A stretch of DNA of 64,000 nt, from contig JAPSGB010000015.1 of the NCBI GenBank assembly GCA_035063585.1, forward strand, positions 1 through 64,000, written 5' to 3'. The first letter of the stretch is position 1. Each line of letters begins with the position of its first letter. A model generated the notes under the pieces. That model saw nothing but the letters and a program-made list of their open reading frames with translations, did not search any database and was not told the origin of the DNA. The stretch comes from Polyangiaceae bacterium (GTDB lineage Bacteria > Myxococcota_A > Polyangia > Polyangiales > Polyangiaceae). Positions 58,460 to 64,000 of the stretch are shown one piece after another. The position numbers were made by a program, and so were the translations under genes.

Positions 58460-60060
58460 AGGTAGGATGAACGCCTCCTGGTTGCGCGGCGTCCGGCTAC
58501 ACGGCGGCTCGTTGCGCAGGCGCTCGGCCCTTGCGGGCCGGCGCGCGGTGCGCTGAACGCGATCGCCGCGGCGGCCGACGCCTGGTTCAGGTCCACGGGT
58601 CCGCGGGCGCAGGTGAGCCCGGGTCGGCAGCGCGCTCGATGCGCGTCGAACAGCTCCGCCCGCACGGTCTCGCCAAGCCGTCTGCGTATGACCGGGCTCT
58701 TGGAGAAGCGGGGCCCGCGCGACGGCGCGAGCGCCGACGGCTCGGTGGGCTCGCCGAGCCACTTCAGGTGGCGCTCGATGCCGGCGCTGGTGAGGACGAG
58801 GGCGCGGAGCCTCATACGCGCGCCGCAGCGCTCGACGTCGATGCGGAACGTCCGCCGGAGCAACTCGCGCCACGTCCGGTAGACGCAGCGGTGGGTCGGC
58901 GTCTTGTCATGGCCGGTGCCGGCGCCGTCGTCGTCGTGCTCGTCCGGCTTGCGAGGTGGCAGCGGCGGCACGACGCGGGACCGCGATTCGCTGTTCACGG
59001 CGAGGACGCCGGCGTACCGGTCGCCGTTGAAGCGTCGCGGCGGCACGACCATGGCCAGGTGGACCAGGAGCGAGAGCGAGGCCATGTCGATGGCGAAGTG
59101 CCGCTGAAGGGTCTCCTCTGCGTCCGGCGCACGAGCTCGCCCGCGACGAGCTGCCCGCCGTCCTGCGTGATGGGAGGGCGCACGACGTCCTTGCAGAGGA
59201 TCTCCTTTCCCGCGCGGTCGTCGGCTGCGGCGGTGGGGGCTGCATGCAACGACCAGCCATGCTCTGCAGCGCACGGACCGCGCACCTCGGGCTCGCGCCC
59301 GGCGCGTAGCTCGATGGGGTCTTGCCGGCGCGGCGCGGGACCGGCGGGAGGCGTGCCCGTGACGCCTGAGCCGACGAGCCCGGCGAGCGCGGGCTCGCGG
59401 CCGGCGAGCGCGAGATCGGCGGTGACCTCGTCGTCTTCGCTCACGCGCTTGCGGCGGAGCAGGCGCAGGGTGCGCGTGCGGGCGAGCTGCAGAATATCGG
59501 CGACGTCGGTGTTGGAGAGCGCGGGCAGACAGCGGAAGGCGCGCTCGCCGTCGTGGGCTTCCACGAACACACCATCCAACGCGAGCGTGCGGAAGTGGGG
59601 ATTCGTCCGGAGGTCCGAGCTGGTCCGCTGCACGGCGGTGACGGTGCCGCTCTTGCCGCCAGGGATGTCGAGCGCAGCCACGTGGCGGCGGTACCAGCCC
59701 ATCACCGAGTCCACGAACGCGCGGCACACCTCGCCGAGCAGTTCCCCGTCGAAGGTGAGGCGCGCGCCAAGCTCGAACGGGAGCGTGAGCACGAGCTGGC
59801 GGAGCGCCGCGCCTGCTCGGGCGGGCAGTCGTTCGACCCTCCAAGTCCGACCTGAGCGCGGCGGGGACGGCGCACACCAATACGCCTTCGCTCGGAACGC
59901 GGCCGATCTCGTGCCGCCCGGCGCGCACCGGGGCGACGTCGGTGACGCGGGCCTGCGGACGGGCGCGACGCTCGCTCGACGACTGGCCTCGCAGCGGCGC
60001 CGCGACGCCGCAGTCAGCCGCACGTGCGTCCTCACGGACTTGGCGGCCATCGTCGCGTAC
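58460..60060 (-). mobile_element. Decayed IS91/ISCR-like element with multiply frameshifted transposase
   Basis: LRQLVLTLP, GTVTAVQR..NPHFRTLALDG (HUH degenerate), WSLHA, VPPRRF..RYAGVLA, WRELLRRTF, ALAPSRGP; candidate ori-like end GGCGTTCATCCTACC at about 58461-58475. Confidence 0.82.
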
Positions 60061-60381
60061 GACGACCCCCTCGCCATGCAGCAACCCTCACCGATCACCG
60101 CATCGAACCGCGCCGTCACTCTTGCCATGCGCGACGCAGCTGCGACGGGCTGGCAGCCCATGGCCCCTCGAGCGCCCGCTGGAGGGCTGCCACCCCGCTC
60201 CACGCGACGCCCGCCGAGCTCCTCGGCAGGGCAGTCAAGGGCGCGCGCCGCGAGCTCCGCATCGCGCGGGTCGCTCTCCGCGAACACCGGGGAACGCCGC
60301 TGCCTCGAACGTCACCTCGCCGCGCCATGACGCACGCGCGCGTGCCCCGTGAGCGATCGGGTTACGTGCTAGAGTGACGCA

Positions 60382-60618
60382 ATGACCGCGGAAGAACAGG
60401 CGAGAAGAGCGCGGTCGCTGGCGCGGCGCGCTCGCATGGTCGTCCGCAAGGGGCGGCTGGGCGAAGCCGAGCTCGACTTCACACCCGTGACCGGTGCTCA
60501 GGCGATTTCACTCCTCACACGGCTCTGCATCGAGAGCTTCAGCCTGGCAGGGCAGGAGCCGAAGGCTTATGCCCGTGAGAGCATACCCGTTCGTTTCGTT
60601 CGTCGAAGTCGCTCATGA
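60382..60618 (+). CDS. Small basic hypothetical protein (possible antitoxin partner)
   Basis: 78 aa; ATGA overlap with the next gene; TG-C-TAGAGT box 6 nt upstream. Confidence 0.7.
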   Translation: MTAEEQARRARSLARRARMVVRKGRLGEAELDFTPVTGAQAISLLTRLCIESFSLAGQEPKAYARESIPVRFVRRSRS

Positions 60619-61085
60619 TCGAGCTGTTCGATGATTTTCGTGATCTGCTGATCGAGCTTCACGACGCCGGTGCAAGATTCGTCGTGGTGGGCGGTTACGC
60701 GGTTGCCTACCATGGTCATCCACGGGCGACGAAAGACCTCGACATTCTGGTGCAGGCCGATCCGGACAACGCGCGTCGGGTGTATGCGGCGCTGGTCGCA
60801 TTTGGCGCGCCGCTCGCATCGTTTGCCGTAGGAGTCGAGGACTTCTCGAGCTACGACGGCATCCTGCAGTTGGGCGTGCCACCACGACGAATCGACATCA
60901 TCAATCGCGCAGACGCGATCACCTTCGCCGAGGCCATCGCGGACGGTGAAACCTTTGCGCTGCAAGGGCGCGCGATCCCGGTCATCGGCCGCTCGGCGCT
61001 CATCAAGAACAAGCGCGCGACCGGTCGAGACCAGGACTTGGCCGACGTAAACGCGCTCGAACGCAAGCAGCGCGTTCGCGGCTGA
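60615..61085 (+). CDS. Nucleotidyltransferase-fold protein (DUF6036/AbiEii-like)
   Basis: VVGGYAVAYHG.PRATKDLD, RIDI and KRATGRDQDLAD motifs. Confidence 0.85.
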   Translation: MIELFDDFRDLLIELHDAGARFVVVGGYAVAYHGHPRATKDLDILVQADPDNARRVYAALVAFGAPLASFAVGVEDFSSYDGILQLGVPPRRIDIINRADAITFAEAIADGETFALQGRAIPVIGRSALIKNKRATGRDQDLADVNALERKQRVRG

Positions 61086-61444
61086 GCGCCGGCAGCCGTC
61101 CGCGCCGGGCTGCGAACGCGCGCTGCCCGAGTTTCGTTGGCTCACGGGCGCGCGGCGCACCCCGGCCGGTGCGGCCATCCCGCGGCCAATCACCGCCGCA
61201 GCGCGAGAGCCTGCTCAAAGAATCGACCCTTTGCGGTTCCATCGGCGGGCCAGCGCCGCTCCTCCATCGTCGCGACGATGACGTGGACGGCGGCTCGTCG
61301 AGGTGAGGAGAGGCGACGGCCTCCAACGTGCCGGAATATTCATGTGGTGCGCGGCGGCGCAAGTTCGGAGATGATGTGCTGATCCGTGCCGCGGGCGCCG
61401 AAGGCCGTCGCGCGAGCTCGGCGCTCATGAAGGAGATGACGACA

Positions 61445-62002
61445 ATGCGAATCGGAATGCTCGTGGCTACGGGGTGCGTGTTCGCGGCGCTGGCGGTCGC
61501 ATGTGGCAGCAGCGACACCGGCCCGGCCGGGTCGGCCGGCGCGAGCGGGTCGGCCGGCTCGGGCGGCTCGAACACGGGTGACTCCTGCGCCGTGCCGCAG
61601 TGCTTCCTCGATCTGATGGCCGCGTGCCGACCGGAGGGCACGTGCACGACGGAGTCGTTGGGCGACACGACGAGCATGGTGTCGAACGCTTGCTACGAGA
61701 ACGGCGTCAAGTGGTCGACGACCGTGACGATGGGCGGGGCCGGCATCACGAGCGAAATGAAGGGCTACAAGGCCGACGGTAGCCTCTGCTTCACGGCGGG
61801 CGGCACCACCGACACGAGCGGCAACAACACGACGGAGTACAAGGACCTGGGCGGCACCACGGTCGTCACGGTCACGGTGACGGGCGGCAAGATGACGTAC
61901 GTGTGCGGCGGGCAGACGGTCACGATCGATCCGTCGGCCTGTCCGAAGGGGGACGGCGGGACCACGAGCGACTGCACGCAGGGCACCTGCGCGATCCCCT
62001 GA
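61445..62002 (+). CDS. Cys/Thr-rich lipoprotein
   Basis: AGGAG RBS, AVAC lipobox, GS linker, about 10 further Cys. Confidence 0.8.
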   Translation: MRIGMLVATGCVFAALAVACGSSDTGPAGSAGASGSAGSGGSNTGDSCAVPQCFLDLMAACRPEGTCTTESLGDTTSMVSNACYENGVKWSTTVTMGGAGITSEMKGYKADGSLCFTAGGTTDTSGNNTTEYKDLGGTTVVTVTVTGGKMTYVCGGQTVTIDPSACPKGDGGTTSDCTQGTCAIP

Positions 62003-62212
62003 GCGAGGACACGAATGAAACGCGCCGGGCGGTTCGCGGAGTCACGCGGCCGCCCGCGCTCCGACGCGAGCTCCGTAGCGCAGGCCGGCCCGGTCGGCTC
62101 GGCGTTCGATGCGCGTCGAAGCGCTCCGCCTCCACGGTCTCGCCGAACCGTCTGCGTATGACGGGGCTCTTGAAGAAGGGCGGGCCGAATGACGGCGCGA
62201 GGGCGGGCGGCT
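62003..62212 (-). mobile_element. 3'-end remnant of the same IS91-like family as 58460-60060
   Basis: PPALAPSFGPPFFKSPVIRRRFGETVEAERFDAH versus PSALAPSRGPRFSKSPVIRRRLGETVRAELFDAH; DNA similarity continues past the coding part. Confidence 0.8.
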
Positions 62213-62494
62213 ACCTCGCCGACCGCGCCGGCGCGCGCTCGCTGGGAGGCCGAGGCCTACCGCTCGAACCTCGAGCTGCAGTTCTGCCACACCGGCACCA
62301 CGCCCTCGGCGCAGCGGACTGCCTCGTTGCTCAAGGACTACGGCTGCCGCGACGGAGACATCGAGGTCACGGCCAAGTCGCTCGCGCTCTCCCCGGTCAG
62401 CGTGAGGAAGGGCGCGGTCATCAACGACGCGACGCACATGGCGCTCGACTGGCTCGACGAGCACGTGCCGCGCCTGCGCTTCAAGCCGAGCTGA
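62213..62494 (+). pseudogene. C-terminal fragment of a hypothetical protein, cut by the IS91-like remnant
   Basis: [32 protein letters not shown] with coding-like codon use and no native start. Confidence 0.5.
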
Positions 62495-62531
62495 GCAATG
62501 GCGGTCTCGCGCACGGGAGACTGGGCACGGG

Positions 62532-62882
62532 CACGGCGACCTCCGCAACTCCATCACGGTGATCGTCCAGGGCGACGAGGCCTTCATCGGCGTCTCGCGC
62601 CAGGCACGGTCGAAGGACGGCGCCTCGAGGATGGACCTCGCGAAGCTCCACGAGTTCGGCGAACCGCCCGTCATCATCCCGATGACGCCGAAGATGCGCC
62701 GCTTCCTCTTCGCGCTGCTCCGGCAGGCCGGCAAGGAGCCCACGGGTGGTAGCGGGCGCGGCGTCATCGTCGTGCAGGTCTCGGCGCGCCCCTTCCTCCG
62801 GCTCGCGTTCGAAAAGTTCCGGGAGGGCGCCAGCAGGCGGTTCCTCGAGCCTGTCGCCAGAGACCTCGGCCTCGCGCCTTGA
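62532..62882 (+). pseudogene. Phage virion morphogenesis (neck/tail-completion-like) gene fragment
   Basis: [32 protein letters not shown] motifs; 5' part absent. Confidence 0.6.
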
Positions 62883-63028
62883 TGCGCAAGCTCAGCGCTC
62901 CGACCAAGCGGCAAGCTCCTTGCCGCGCGGGCCACGGATGCGGTCGGAAGTCTCAGCCTGGAGCTCGACCGCGACGGCGGGCCCGGTCGCTGCGGTCCTG
63001 GACGAGGCGGTCGCTGACCGTAGAGCCT

Positions 63029-63883
63029 TCAGCGCGCTCGGACGGCCGCCGCGGTCGCCCTGAGCAACTCCGGCCCGCCAGGCTCCCCATGCCCCGGAAT
63101 CACGAGGCGCGGGGCGAGCGCGAGCGCAGCCTCGGCCGACGCTGCCCAATGCTCGAGGTCCGCGTCCGCCGTGTTCCCGAGCCCAGGGTGCGAGCGGACC
63201 ATGCAGCCGCCGAAGAGAACGCCTCGGTCGGCGAAGTGCACGACCACGTTGTCGGCCGAATGCCCGCCGCCGACGAAGAGGATGCGCACCCTCTCGCCTC
63301 CAAGATCGAAGGTCAGCCCTTCGACCTCGTGGAAGACGTGTCGCGCGGCGACGACACGCGTAGCCCGGACGCGCGCGGCGAGCGCAGGATTGTCCGACTC
63401 GACGTAGCGCGCCATCCCTTCGAGCCCCGCCGTGCCTCGCGCCGCTTGGAGGGCAATCGTGTGATCGCTCGCGTACGTCTCCACGCCCTCGGCCGCGTAG
63501 CCCTCGTTGCCACCTGTTCCGTCCCCGTGGAAATGCGGGTTGATCGCGAGGATCCGCGTCGGATGGAGCGCCGCGCGAACGTATCGGACGAGGGCGCGCG
63601 TCGTCTCGGTGTCGTACGGCGATGAGCAGATCACGACGCTTCCATCGCGAGCTTTCACGAAGAGCACGTTCGCAGCGCTCTGGTTCGGGCTGTCTACGAC
63701 GGCGACGAAGACGTCCGGCGCGAGCTCGCGAACGGAGACCCCGAGCCGCCGGAGTTCGACGGTTGTCTCCGCCACCGACGGGCCGGCAGCGGCCGTCGGC
63801 GCCGAGGGCTCGCGCACATGCGCGCACGCCCCAAGGAGGAGCACGGAGGCGAACGTGGCGAGCAGGAACGACGAACGGGCCAT
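63029..63883 (-). CDS. Subclass B1 metallo-beta-lactamase, SPM-1-like, with lipobox
   Basis: HFHGD (H116/H118/D120), GHSADN (H196), FGGC (C221), IPGHG (H263); DGSVVICSSP, AINPHFHGDGTGGNE and GGPE blocks; LGAC lipobox. Confidence 0.9.
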   Translation of the reverse strand: MARSSFLLATFASVLLLGACAHVREPSAPTAAAGPSVAETTVELRRLGVSVRELAPDVFVAVVDSPNQSAANVLFVKARDGSVVICSSPYDTETTRALVRYVRAALHPTRILAINPHFHGDGTGGNEGYAAEGVETYASDHTIALQAARGTAGLEGMARYVESDNPALAARVRATRVVAARHVFHEVEGLTFDLGGERVRILFVGGGHSADNVVVHFADRGVLFGGCMVRSHPGLGNTADADLEHWAASAEAALALAPRLVIPGHGEPGGPELLRATAAAVRAR

Positions 63884-64000
63884 CTCGACACTCTAATCGC
63901 TCCCCGCGTAGCACAACACCACCGACCGACCTGACCTGAGCGCGCGATCGTCCAGGGGCTCAGAGCGCGAGCCGGCGGTTCCTCGAGCGCGTCGCCACGG

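Noticed and set aside
58468..58494. Fourth copy of the ECF promoter motif (TGAACG-N12-GCGGCGTC); also TGAACG at about 25644
   Set aside because: The downstream element does not match GCGGGCAC, and the 58468 site lies in an IS end with no plus-strand gene following.
63905..63920. Possible third ISCR ori-like end upstream of the beta-lactamase (GCGTAGCACAACA)
   Set aside because: Too short and degenerate to distinguish from chance without alignment to intact elements.

Overview
Very GC-rich bacterial DNA whose gene content (Cys-rich lipoproteins with DAG-type low-complexity linkers, membrane Ser/Thr kinase, DUF4388 response regulator) suggests a myxobacterium, probably Polyangiaceae-like (inference). 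Bases 1 to about 33.8 kb are mostly core genome: tyrA, serS, dedA, rnr, add, a DnaJ-class chaperone, rpoZ, tRNA-Ser(UGA), aspS, an NSS transporter and surface lipoproteins. From about 33.8 kb to the end is an accessory mosaic of intact cassettes among gene fragments (acyl-CoA dehydrogenase, phosphoesterase, nucleotidyltransferase, IS21 istB, IS91/ISCR-like transposase, IS3, serine recombinase, phage morphogenesis gene). Main observations: (1) an 8-gene TonB-receptor/ExbBD-TonB/repeat-protein/ECF-sigma/TPR-anti-sigma cassette whose three putative promoters share the exactly spaced motif TGAACG-N12-GCGGGCAC; (2) an SPM-1-like subclass B1 metallo-beta-lactamase with a lipobox, near ISCR-like and phage remnants; (3) an intact but apparently catalytically dead DAHP-synthase homologue coupled to tyrA; (4) about ten genes with a TANNNT box 5-7 nt before the start codon, suggesting leaderless mRNAs; (5) a stripped-down CheA, an NSS transporter with an inserted domain and small subunit, and a PTP/ADP-ribosylhydrolase fusion. 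All assignments are by manual motif recognition; no database searches were run.
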